NCBI GenBank assembly: GCA_949295475.1
Contig: CASFLC010000131.1
Span: 1-51,780 of the forward strand
Reading direction: 5' to 3'
Source of the DNA: an uncultured Pseudomonadota bacterium
GTDB lineage: Bacteria; Pseudomonadota; Alphaproteobacteria; RF32; CAG-239
Length of the DNA stretch: 51,780 bases
Shown: piece by piece, positions 1 through 7,396 of the stretch
Layout of the letters: each line of letters opens with the position of its first letter
Numbering within the stretch: the first letter of the stretch is position 1
The notes under the pieces: generated by a model
What the model was told of the DNA's origin: nothing
Seen by the model: only the letters and a program-made list of their open reading frames with translations
The model's database searches: none
Position numbers and translations under genes: made by a program

Positions 1-249
1 AATAACATGATTGATGGAAATGCAAAGCGTTTTGGGATAGCCGCGGTATCCGAGACAAGCCGGGACGGCGCCGTGGCTGACAATAAATTCCCGGCACAGA
101 TCATCCAATTCACCGGTAGAAACGCCGACCTGCACATAAGGAGTCAGATAATCCAGGCACTCGGCTGCCAGACGGCCGGCCTTGCGCATTTTTTCAAAAT
201 CTTCCTTGTCATCATGAATAACGATGCCGTCTTTTCTTTTATAAGCCAC
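1..249 (-). CDS. map: Methionine aminopeptidase type I, N-terminal part (runs off the window start)
   Basis: Manual translation from GTG at 249: MAYKRKDGIVIHDDKEDFEKMRKAGRLAAECLDYLTPYVQVGVSTGELDDLCREFIVSHGAVPACLGYRGYPKTLCISINHVI, the typical MetAP N-terminus; GAGG RBS upstream; lies next to sfsA-like gene. Not in the supplied ORF track because it is truncated. Confidence 0.92.
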   Translation of the reverse strand, partial: MAYKRKDGIVIHDDKEDFEKMRKAGRLAAECLDYLTPYVQVGVSTGELDDLCREFIVSHGAVPACLGYRGYPKTLCISINHVI

Positions 250-265
250 AACAAACCTCGGTTCA

Positions 266-961
266 CTAATAAATTATTTTCATTTTACGGGCTATTGATA
301 CACTTTTTTTATCAAGAATGCAACCATAACAAACAAAATTTAAGCCTTTTTTTGCCTCGTCAAAAATTTTGGCGGCGGCTATCGGATCAAGGTTCCAGCT
401 GAATTTTGCCTCAACGCTGTCCTGTCGGGGCACCAGCATAAAAATACATGTCCGGTGGCCTTCCGCCCGAAGTTTTTCCATCTCTTCAAACATCTCCATT
501 TCAAAAAAATTAATTCCGGCCGGAAAAACCGAATACCCCGCCGTTTTGTTGTAGACATCCTCAATAAAAACAAAACATTTTTCTCCGGCGGCGCTGCTCA
601 GCTCAAAGTCAACATGCTGCAAATGGTCGTCCGGTTCAATTTCGCGGCAGTTTTCATAACGGCCGAAATCTTTAAGCACCCCGTTTTCAAAAGCCTCAAG
701 AAACAATTTGCGGTTGACAGAGGGATTAACAAAAACCAATCCTTCGTCCAAATTCAGATATTCCAGCTCGTACCGTACTTTACGCAAATTTCCGGGCGCG
801 CGACGGACAAAAACTTCGGTTCCGGCTTTGCAAAGCGCCGCGGCTTCCGACGAAGCGCAAAAAACGGCCTCCTGCGAATCGTCATCCAGCCTAACGTCAA
901 TCAGCAGGCTGTTGTAGCAGGAAACCACCCTCCCTTTATAAAGCAAATCCTCAATTATCAA
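266..961 (-). CDS. sfsA: SfsA-family (sugar fermentation stimulation / PD-(D/E)xK fold) protein, divergent
   Basis: 231 aa; overall layout (N-terminal 'IDVRLDD', 'RKVRYEL', 'VFVNP', 'VDF', 'FP', 'DP...A...G') follows SfsA; immediately upstream of map. Several canonical motifs are degenerate. Confidence 0.7.
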   Translation of the reverse strand: MIIEDLLYKGRVVSCYNSLLIDVRLDDDSQEAVFCASSEAAALCKAGTEVFVRRAPGNLRKVRYELEYLNLDEGLVFVNPSVNRKLFLEAFENGVLKDFGRYENCREIEPDDHLQHVDFELSSAAGEKCFVFIEDVYNKTAGYSVFPAGINFFEMEMFEEMEKLRAEGHRTCIFMLVPRQDSVEAKFSWNLDPIAAAKIFDEAKKGLNFVCYGCILDKKSVSIARKMKIIY

Positions 962-1144
962 TAAAATTCTCCGTTTATCGGTTTTATTTTATCCGGCTCC
1001 GGCGATTTGGCAAGAAGGATATTTATCTTTTTGATGAAAAAAAGGCGTTAAACGCTGAAATTGAATAAATTTAAACTGGACAGCGGCATAAGTTTGCATT
1101 ATGAATACAGGGTTAATTGTTTTGAGATTTTTGGGATATAAATA

Positions 1145-3820
1145 ATGACAACCACTGTTAAACAAATCAGAAGCACTTTTCTGAATTACTTTGAAAAGCA
1201 CGGGCACAAGGTTGTTCCGTCTTCTTCTTTGGTGCCGGACAATGATCCGACGCTGATGTTTACCAACTCCGGCATGGTTCAGTTTAAGAACATTCTGGCC
1301 GGCAACGAAATCCGCGACTACACCCGCGCCACAACCTCCCAAAAATCAGTACGGGCCGGCGGCAAGCACAACGATCTTGACAGCGTCGGCTACGACGTCC
1401 GTCATCATACTTTCTTTGAAATGCTGGGCAACTTTTCTTTCGGCGACTATTTCAAAGACGACGCCATTTTCTTTGCTTGGGAACTGCTGACCAAAGAGTT
1501 TGACATTCCCAAGGAAAAACTGGCTGTCACCATTTATCATAACGACGACGAAGCCTATAGTATCTGGAAAAAAGTTTCCGGCCTGCCCGACGAACGGATT
1601 ATCCGCATTGCCACCAAAGACAACTTCTGGCAAATGGGCGACACCGGGCCCTGCGGCCCCTGTTCCGAAATCTTTTACGACCACGGTCCCGAAGTCTGGG
1701 GCGGTCTGCCCGGCACGCCGGAGGAAGACGGCGACCGCTGGATTGAAATCTGGAATTTGGTTTTTGACCAGTTTGAAGACCTGCCGGACGGCTCCCGCAT
1801 TCCGCTGAAACGCCCGTCGATTGACACCGGCATGGGGTTGGAGAGAATGTCTGCCATTCTGCAGGGCGTGCACTCCAATTTTGACATTGATATTTTCCGC
1901 CACCTTATCAAAGCGATTGCGGACATTGCCAATTCCGATCCCGAAGGGCCGTTAAAAGCCTCTCACAACGTGATTGCCGACCATCTGCGCTCCACCGCCT
2001 TTTTGATTGCCGACGGCGTTTTGCCTTCCAACGAAGGGCGCGGCTATGTTTTGCGCCGGATTATGCGCCGGGCGATGCGTCACGCCTACATGCTGGGCGT
2101 CAACGAACCGATGATGTACAAGCTCATCCCCACCCTGCAGCAGGAAATGGGCGAGGCCTATCCCGAGCTTTACCGCGCCGGAACGCTGATTACCGACACC
2201 ATCAAGCTGGAAGAGCAGCGCTTTTTGAAAACGCTTTCCAAAGGCATGCACCTGCTGGAGGACGAAATTTCGGCCTCAGGCCTTGGCAATAAGGACAAAT
2301 GGTTTCTTGACGGCGAAAAAGCCTTTAAACTCTATGACACTTATGGTTTTCCGTTGGATCTGACCGAAGATATTCTCCGTCAGAAAGGCTTGTCCGTCGA
2401 TGTGGAAGGATTTAACCGCGCCATGGAGCGCCAAAAGGCCGAAGCGCGCAAAAACTGGGCCGGTTCCGGCGACGCGGGCACCGAAAAAATCTGGTTCGAG
2501 CTGCAAAACAAACTGGCGCCGACCGAATTTCTGGGATATACCACCCTGCGGGCCGACGGACAGATTACCGCGCTGGTTCAAGACGGAAAGGAAGTTTCCG
2601 AGGTCAGCGGCGGTGACTTTTATCTGCTGGCCAATCAGACGCCTTTTTACGGCGAAATGGGCGGCCAGGTCGGCGACAAAGGAATGATTGTCAATGACGC
2701 CTGCGAAATCGAAGTTTCCGACACCAAGAAAAAACTTAACGGCCTCTATGTTCATGTCTGCAAAATGCTCAAAGGCAGCCTTAAGACCGGTGATTTTGCC
2801 AATTTCAGGGTTGATGAAGACAATCGTCACGCCATTGAGGGCAACCATACCGTCACCCACCTGCTCCACAAGGCCCTGCAGCTGAAGTTCGGCAGCAGCG
2901 TCACTCAAAAAGGCTCGCTGGTGGCGGCCGACCGGATGCGCTTTGACATTGCTTATCCCAAGCAAATCAGCGAAGAAGAGCTGCGCGATCTGGAAGATGC
3001 GGTCAACAGGATGATACGCGCCAACTATCCGGTTCACACCGTTTTGATGAGCCATGACGAGGCGATGAACTGCGGCGCCATGGCCTTGTTCGGCGAAAAA
3101 TACGGCGACGAGGTCCGGGTTGTCTGCGTCGGCGACGATGTTTCCAAAGAATTGTGCGGCGGAACGCACGTTAAGCACACCGGCGACATCGGTTATTTCA
3201 ACATTACGTCAGAATCTGCGATTGCAGCGGGGGTTCGCCGTCTGGAATGCGTGACCGGCCATGCCGCCGAAAAATTTACGCAGGACATTGAGGACAAGCT
3301 GCACCGCGTCGGGAATCTTTTAAAATCAAGTTTCAACGACATAGAGGCGCGCGTTAATCAATTACTTGAAGAAAAGAAAAAGCTTGAAGCTCAGGTTTTC
3401 GACCTCAAGAAAAAGCTGGTCAGCAACAAAACCGCCGACAATCAGGACAAAATCGAAACCATCAACGGCATCAAGTTCGTCGGCAAGGTTTTGGAAGATA
3501 TTCCGGCAAAAGAACTGAAAGCTTTTGTTGATGAAATTAAGGAGCAAATCGGTTCCGGCGTCATTGCCCTGTTTTCGGGCAACGAGGGCAAGGCTTCCGT
3601 GGTTATCGGCGTTACCGACGACCTGAAAGACAAAATCTCCGCGGTTGAGCTGATTAAGACCGTGGCTCCGTTTGTCGGCGCCCAGGGCGGCGGCGGCCGT
3701 CCCGACATGGCCCAGACCGGCGGTCCGGACGCAACCCGTCTGGAAGAGGCCTGCGCGGCAATGCGTCAGGAATTAAACATGCGCAATGTTTCAAACATCC
3801 GCGACATTGCAAACATGTAA
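1145..3820 (+). CDS. alaS: Alanine--tRNA ligase
   Basis: 891 aa; DPTLMFTNSGMVQFK, RHHTFFEMLGNFSFGDYFK, HTVTHLLH, ELCGGTH, GGGGRPDMAQ motifs. Confidence 0.99.
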   Translation: MTTTVKQIRSTFLNYFEKHGHKVVPSSSLVPDNDPTLMFTNSGMVQFKNILAGNEIRDYTRATTSQKSVRAGGKHNDLDSVGYDVRHHTFFEMLGNFSFGDYFKDDAIFFAWELLTKEFDIPKEKLAVTIYHNDDEAYSIWKKVSGLPDERIIRIATKDNFWQMGDTGPCGPCSEIFYDHGPEVWGGLPGTPEEDGDRWIEIWNLVFDQFEDLPDGSRIPLKRPSIDTGMGLERMSAILQGVHSNFDIDIFRHLIKAIADIANSDPEGPLKASHNVIADHLRSTAFLIADGVLPSNEGRGYVLRRIMRRAMRHAYMLGVNEPMMYKLIPTLQQEMGEAYPELYRAGTLITDTIKLEEQRFLKTLSKGMHLLEDEISASGLGNKDKWFLDGEKAFKLYDTYGFPLDLTEDILRQKGLSVDVEGFNRAMERQKAEARKNWAGSGDAGTEKIWFELQNKLAPTEFLGYTTLRADGQITALVQDGKEVSEVSGGDFYLLANQTPFYGEMGGQVGDKGMIVNDACEIEVSDTKKKLNGLYVHVCKMLKGSLKTGDFANFRVDEDNRHAIEGNHTVTHLLHKALQLKFGSSVTQKGSLVAADRMRFDIAYPKQISEEELRDLEDAVNRMIRANYPVHTVLMSHDEAMNCGAMALFGEKYGDEVRVVCVGDDVSKELCGGTHVKHTGDIGYFNITSESAIAAGVRRLECVTGHAAEKFTQDIEDKLHRVGNLLKSSFNDIEARVNQLLEEKKKLEAQVFDLKKKLVSNKTADNQDKIETINGIKFVGKVLEDIPAKELKAFVDEIKEQIGSGVIALFSGNEGKASVVIGVTDDLKDKISAVELIKTVAPFVGAQGGGGRPDMAQTGGPDATRLEEACAAMRQELNMRNVSNIRDIANM
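3775..3816 (+). repeat. Short degenerate 18-bp tandem repeat at the alaS 3' end
   Basis: AAACAT recurs at 3775, 3793 and 3811 (period 18), encoding NMRNVS-NIRDIA-NM. Confidence 0.55.
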
Positions 3821-3843
3821 GCTAATCCGCGTTCAACAATACT

Positions 3844-3874
3844 CAAAGGCTCCGAACTCGTTTCGGGGCCTTTG
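3844..3874. terminator. Hairpin between convergent alaS and RT genes, probable bidirectional terminator
   Basis: CAAAGGCTCCGAA / TTCGGGGCCTTTG, a 13-bp stem with one G-U pair. Confidence 0.65.
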
Positions 3875-3890
3875 TCAAAACATCTTCCGC

Positions 3891-5156
3891 TCAAAAGATA
3901 TCGCCGCCCTCTTCCACCGGAATTTTATTGCGCATCAGGCGAAGATATTTAACCCGCGTGGTCCAGTTTTTTTTCAAAACGATTTTTTTGGCACTGCCGT
4001 AAGTGTAAATCAGCTTCCACCAGCGGTCCGAAATGTTTTTCCACAACATTTTGCGGCGGATTTTATAAGTGCTGTAATGCAGCATAAATCCCAGATAAGA
4101 ATTGATGCTGGAAACAAAATGCTCGGCCTGCTCGGCATAAGCGGCATTTTTGGCGGCCACGGCGTTGAACGTTTCAATCTTCCGATACAAATTTCCCTTG
4201 GTGCGGTTGGCAATATAAACGCGCCCCGGCTTAACCACCGCGCCGATAAATTTGACGCCCTTGCTGAAATGCTGCAGATACACTTTGCGCGGATGCAGTC
4301 TCAGCCCGAGTTTTTCGGCAATAAAGCGGCGCAGCTTGTCCTGAATTTTTATCAAAAACTGCTTGTCCGGGTGCACAATCACAAAGTCATCGACATACCG
4401 CCCGTAATATTTGACCTTGAGCTCGTTTTTGACATACTTGTCAAAGGCGTCCATATAAAAGTTGGCAAAAATCTGGGATGACAAATTGCCTATCGGCAGC
4501 CCGTGCAGATTATCCGCCTTAAACAGGCTTTTGGAGGCGGGCAGCCCGTCCCAGTTGCTGCGTTTGCCCTTAATGTTGCAGTTTTGCTGCGGGCAATGAT
4601 AAACGATAATCTTCACCAGGCCGAGAATAACCTCCTTATCCACGGCGTGATAATATCGGCGGATAAACTTCTCCAGCCGCTTATACAGAATATCTTTGTT
4701 TATGCTCATAAAAAAAGACTGGATATCCATTTTGAGAATATAGCAGTCTTTTTGATAATTTTCGGAACACTCGCGGACAAACTCCTCAATCCGCCGCACG
4801 CCGTACATCGTTCCCTTGCCGGCCCGGCAGCTATAGCTGTCGCGGATAAACAGCGCCTCAAACAAAGGCATCAGCTTATTAATCACCAGATGATGCACGA
4901 TACGGTCGCGAAAATCGGCGGCAAAAATCTCTCTTTTGACCGGTTTGTTGACAATAAAAGCGATGGATTTTCCCGGATAATAGGTCTGGTTGTTAATCTG
5001 GCGCCACAGTTCTATCAGGCGATGTTCAAAATCCCCCTCAAACTCCAGAGCGTTAAACGTTTTGCGTTTGTTGCGCCGACAATCGTAATAAGCGGCAAAC
5101 ATTTCCTCCAGCTTTACGGGCTCGGCATAAGAGGTATCAAATAATTCAAGCTGCAT
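3891..5156 (-). CDS. DGR reverse transcriptase (about 421 aa from the ATG of MQLELF)
   Basis: KREIFAADFRDRIVHH, SYSCRAGKG, ILKMDIQSFF, GLPIGNLSSQIFAN (DGR-type GxxxSQ) and YGRYVDDF motifs. The ORF-track start at 5225 lies inside TR-A, so ATG 5156 is preferred. Confidence 0.96.
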   Translation of the reverse strand: MQLELFDTSYAEPVKLEEMFAAYYDCRRNKRKTFNALEFEGDFEHRLIELWRQINNQTYYPGKSIAFIVNKPVKREIFAADFRDRIVHHLVINKLMPLFEALFIRDSYSCRAGKGTMYGVRRIEEFVRECSENYQKDCYILKMDIQSFFMSINKDILYKRLEKFIRRYYHAVDKEVILGLVKIIVYHCPQQNCNIKGKRSNWDGLPASKSLFKADNLHGLPIGNLSSQIFANFYMDAFDKYVKNELKVKYYGRYVDDFVIVHPDKQFLIKIQDKLRRFIAEKLGLRLHPRKVYLQHFSKGVKFIGAVVKPGRVYIANRTKGNLYRKIETFNAVAAKNAAYAEQAEHFVSSINSYLGFMLHYSTYKIRRKMLWKNISDRWWKLIYTYGSAKKIVLKKNWTTRVKYLRLMRNKIPVEEGGDIF

Positions 5157-5214
5157 AGCACACCAACAAAGCCAATGACCGGGATTACCCTTTTTGTTCA
5201 ATTTTATTTCCAAG

Positions 5215-5331
5215 AGCGAGGACACAACGAACGCGGTTATTGTTGTTGTTCTTATTGTTGTTGTTCATATCGCCGTCGGACGGTCTCACAACCCACGCGT
5301 TGTTGTTGTTATTGTTCTCGGACGAAGACCA
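5215..5331 (-). ncRNA. DGR template repeat TR-A (RT-proximal), 117 bp
   Basis: Reads WSSSE-NNNNNN-AWVVRPSDGDM-NNNN-K-NNNNN-RVRCVLA with AAC/AAT codons (38 adenines); matches the 5' half of the VR. Confidence 0.95.
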
Positions 5332-5482
5332 ACCATACAATCCTGACTGCCCGTTTTGGTCTTAACAACCGCGCTTTGCGGCTGTCGGCAGTCCTTTTGA
5401 AAATAAAACATGCTCGCTCCGTACGGCCGTAACCATACGAATTCCGGCAAAAATGCTGCTTTTGTTTAACTTTACTTCCAAG

Positions 5483-5599
5483 AGCGAGGACACAACGAAC
5501 GCGGTTACTGTTATTCTTATTGTTGTTGTTGTTGTTCATGTTGCCGTCGGACGGTCTGACGTTCCAGGCGTTATTGTTATTGTACTCGGACGAAGACCA
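5483..5599 (-). ncRNA. DGR template repeat TR-B (avd-proximal), 117 bp
   Basis: Reads WSSSE-YNNNN-AWNVRPSDGNM-NNNNNN-K-NNSN-RVRCVLA (39 adenines); matches the 3' half of the VR. Confidence 0.95.
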
Positions 5600-5779
5600 G
5601 ACGCACAATCCTGACTGCCCGTTTTGGTCTTAACAACCGCCTTCTGCGGCTGTCGGCAGTCCTTTTAAAAGTAAAATATGCTCGCTCCGTACGGCCGTAA
5701 CCGTACGAATTCCGGCAAAACTGTTTTTTGTCGCAGCGTTTCGGACGCTTCTCAAAAAAATAACGGCCGCAGGCGGTTT

Positions 5780-6121
5780 TTATTTGCCCCTGTTTTTCCA
5801 AGCGGTTATCTGCTTGCCGATGCTGTCGGTAATCAGCGCTATCTCGGCCATTTTTTTATACGATAATAATTTGAGGTCCAGGCAGACTCTTATTTGCAGC
5901 TTCAACAGCTCAAAATCATCCAGAAACGCGTCCAGAAATTCCCGTTTGTCCTGATTTTTGTTTGCCCGATACAAGTTGCGAAACAGCGAAAGCGTATCTC
6001 TGCGCATGTCCTGCCCCAAACTGAACTTGTACTCGCGGGAAAACGTATTGGTGACTTTGTAAATCTCCAACAGCAAACGATAACTGTCACGATAAACCGG
6101 TAATTCACTGTATATGGCCAC
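5780..6121 (-). CDS. avd: DGR accessory variability determinant (Avd-like four-helix-bundle protein)
   Basis: 113 aa, helical; LPVYRDSY...FSREYKFSLG...IGKQITAW pattern; lies directly upstream of TR and RT. Confidence 0.9.
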   Translation of the reverse strand: MAIYSELPVYRDSYRLLLEIYKVTNTFSREYKFSLGQDMRRDTLSLFRNLYRANKNQDKREFLDAFLDDFELLKLQIRVCLDLKLLSYKKMAEIALITDSIGKQITAWKNRGK

Positions 6122-6194
6122 GCTGCCCGTCCTTTGTTTTTTGGTTTATGGTAATCCCGGCACAATTATACACTGTGCACCCGAAACGTTTATT

Positions 6195-6223
6195 CTTATA
6201 TAAAATGTTTGTTTAAGTTGCAA
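6195..6223 (-). promoter_or_regulatory. Putative sigma70 promoter for avd-TR-TR-RT
   Basis: Minus strand TTGCAA-N17-TATAAG, about 75 nt upstream of the avd start. Confidence 0.4.
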
Positions 6224-6265
6224 CCCTCTTTCTTAATTTATCCACACCCACACGGTGGGAGCGAA

Positions 6266-6420
6266 AACTGGCTGCCTAAATAGCCTTTAAGTGGGCGCGC
6301 GATGCTTTTTCGGGACTGCCGTTTCTCCGTGCCTGATGTCTACCACCCAGCGGGTGGAGGCAAGATCTAAGCGGAGGCGGAGGGGATTCCACTTTTCTGC
6401 AGATTTGATGCCGATTGACG
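6266..6420. repeat. Degenerate direct repeat, copy 1 (copy 2 at 8507-8620)
   Basis: 6266-6304 vs 8507-8545: 34/39 identical; 6386-6404 vs 8584-8602: 18/19 identical, each preceded 19 nt earlier by CTAAGCGG. Confidence 0.75.
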
Positions 6421-6468
6421 GAATAATCTTTAAGCGGCTGCGGTTTGTTTTTTCAAAGCCGCAAAACG

Positions 6469-6496
6469 CCGCCTTCAAGCTAAAGCTTGAAGGCGG
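6469..6496. other. Perfect 13-bp inverted repeat (second hairpin downstream of the target gene)
   Basis: CCGCCTTCAAGCT-AA-AGCTTGAAGGCGG. Confidence 0.7.
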
Positions 6497-6511
6497 AAGG
6501 CAGAAAAAAAT

Positions 6512-6543
6512 TTTACCTCTCGCGGCAAGCCGCGAGAGGTAAA
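6512..6543 (-). promoter_or_regulatory. Hairpin/cruciform downstream of the VR: candidate DGR target-recognition element and/or terminator
   Basis: TTTACCTCTCGCGGC-AA-GCCGCGAGAGGTAAA, a perfect 15-bp stem 19 nt after the target stop codon, followed by a T-run on the minus strand. Confidence 0.8.
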
Positions 6544-6562
6544 TAGTTGAAGGGATAAATAG

Positions 6563-7351
6563 TTAAAAAGCGAGGACACAACGAACGCGGTAACTGCCAA
6601 GCTTATTGTAGTTGCTGGCGTACATGCCGCCGCCGGACGGTCTCACAACCCACGCGTAGGTGTAGCTACTGAGCTCGGACGAAGACCAGTAATAAGCATT
6701 TTGAAGTTGCGTCTTCGACAATTTTTGAAGCCCTAAGTTAATAGCCCCATAACTGAAGTTCATCACATACAGCTCTCCGGCTGCCGGTAAATACCACCCG
6801 CTGCTGCCTTTACCGCTTGAGACAGGCTTATAAGTATTACAGTATTCTGCTGCCGGATAGCTATTGCTACTGCTGTAATTTACAATACATGAAGTATTCG
6901 TCGCACCTCTGAAATCTGTTTGTGCTTCTGCCGTACTACTATAATCTGTTAAACACGATAAATTCTCATAACTCGGAGTAGACCATCTCAAAGTCGAGCT
7001 ACTCTCCTCCAACGCCACCGCAAATCTCGTCGAACCGGCAACATAAGCCACTATACCGACCGGGGTCTTGCTCGGAATAACACTGTCCGATACCGTTCCA
7101 TCAGAATACAGAATCGATCCGGGTGCCGCTCCGGCCGCAGAATCTCCCGCCTCCACGCAGAAATATTTGCTGCTGTCAAACGGACAGACCAGACTTTCCA
7201 TGCCGTCGCAATCCGATGCCGATTTCTTATACCCCAATTCCGCACATCTGGTCGAACTCGTACAGTTCTGCGCCAGAACCGGCGTCATCGCCGTGCTGCA
7301 CAGCAGTAATGCCGCTATTACCGTTTTCATCGTCTTTATCCGCTTTCTCAT
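6563..7351 (-). CDS. DGR target protein: signal peptide, small Cys-rich N-domain, C-terminal CLec-fold (DUF1566-like) domain ending in the VR
   Basis: MKTVIAALLLCSTAMTPVLA signal-like segment; WYLPAAGEL, YYWSSS and terminal RVRCVLAF motifs; the last 120 coding bp before the final Phe are the VR. Confidence 0.9.
   Translation of the reverse strand: MRKRIKTMKTVIAALLLCSTAMTPVLAQNCTSSTRCAELGYKKSASDCDGMESLVCPFDSSKYFCVEAGDSAAGAAPGSILYSDGTVSDSVIPSKTPVGIVAYVAGSTRFAVALEESSSTLRWSTPSYENLSCLTDYSSTAEAQTDFRGATNTSCIVNYSSSNSYPAAEYCNTYKPVSSGKGSSGWYLPAAGELYVMNFSYGAINLGLQKLSKTQLQNAYYWSSSELSSYTYAWVVRPSGGGMYASNYNKLGSYRVRCVLAF
6569..6688 (-). repeat. DGR variable repeat (VR), 120 bp
   Basis: WSSSE-LSSYTY-AWVVRPSGGGM-YASNYN-K-LGSY-RVRCVLA; 20 mismatches to the TR-A(5')/TR-B(3') composite, all at template A. 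VR ends GCT-TTTTAA whereas both TRs end GCT-CTTGGAA (IMH vs IMH*-like divergence). Confidence 0.95.
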
Positions 7352-7396
7352 CGCTCTTCTCCCTTCTTCTTTAAGTTGACCGATTTCTGCCGCTCG

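Larger units (their letters stand above)
5191..5726. repeat. 268-bp tandem duplication; each unit is a structured leader + TR + short 3' spacer
   Basis: TTCCAAGAGCGAGG at 5208 and 5476; ATTCCGGCAAAA at 5441 and 5709 (both offsets 268). Leaders 5337-5452 and 5605-5720 differ at 7 of 116 nt. Confidence 0.95.

Noticed and set aside
3891..5225. RT as a group II intron, retron or CRISPR-associated RT
   Set aside because: It has the DGR-type GNLSSQ and YVDD motifs, no maturase/endonuclease extension, no cas genes, and lies next to avd and adenine-specific TR/VR pairs.
5215..5599. (GTT)n/(AAC)n runs as a microsatellite or CRISPR array
   Set aside because: They are in-frame AAY codon runs between fixed anchors that align to the VR; there is no repeat-spacer periodicity.
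5309..5801. ORFs 5309..5608 and 5577..5801 as proteins (Asn-rich paralogue of the target)
   Set aside because: They are read-through of TR and leader sequence, lack a convincing RBS, and overlap the structured RNA units.
6569..6688. VR derived from one TR only, with indels
   Set aside because: Either single-TR alignment needs codon indels plus non-adenine substitutions; the A(5')/B(3') composite needs none.
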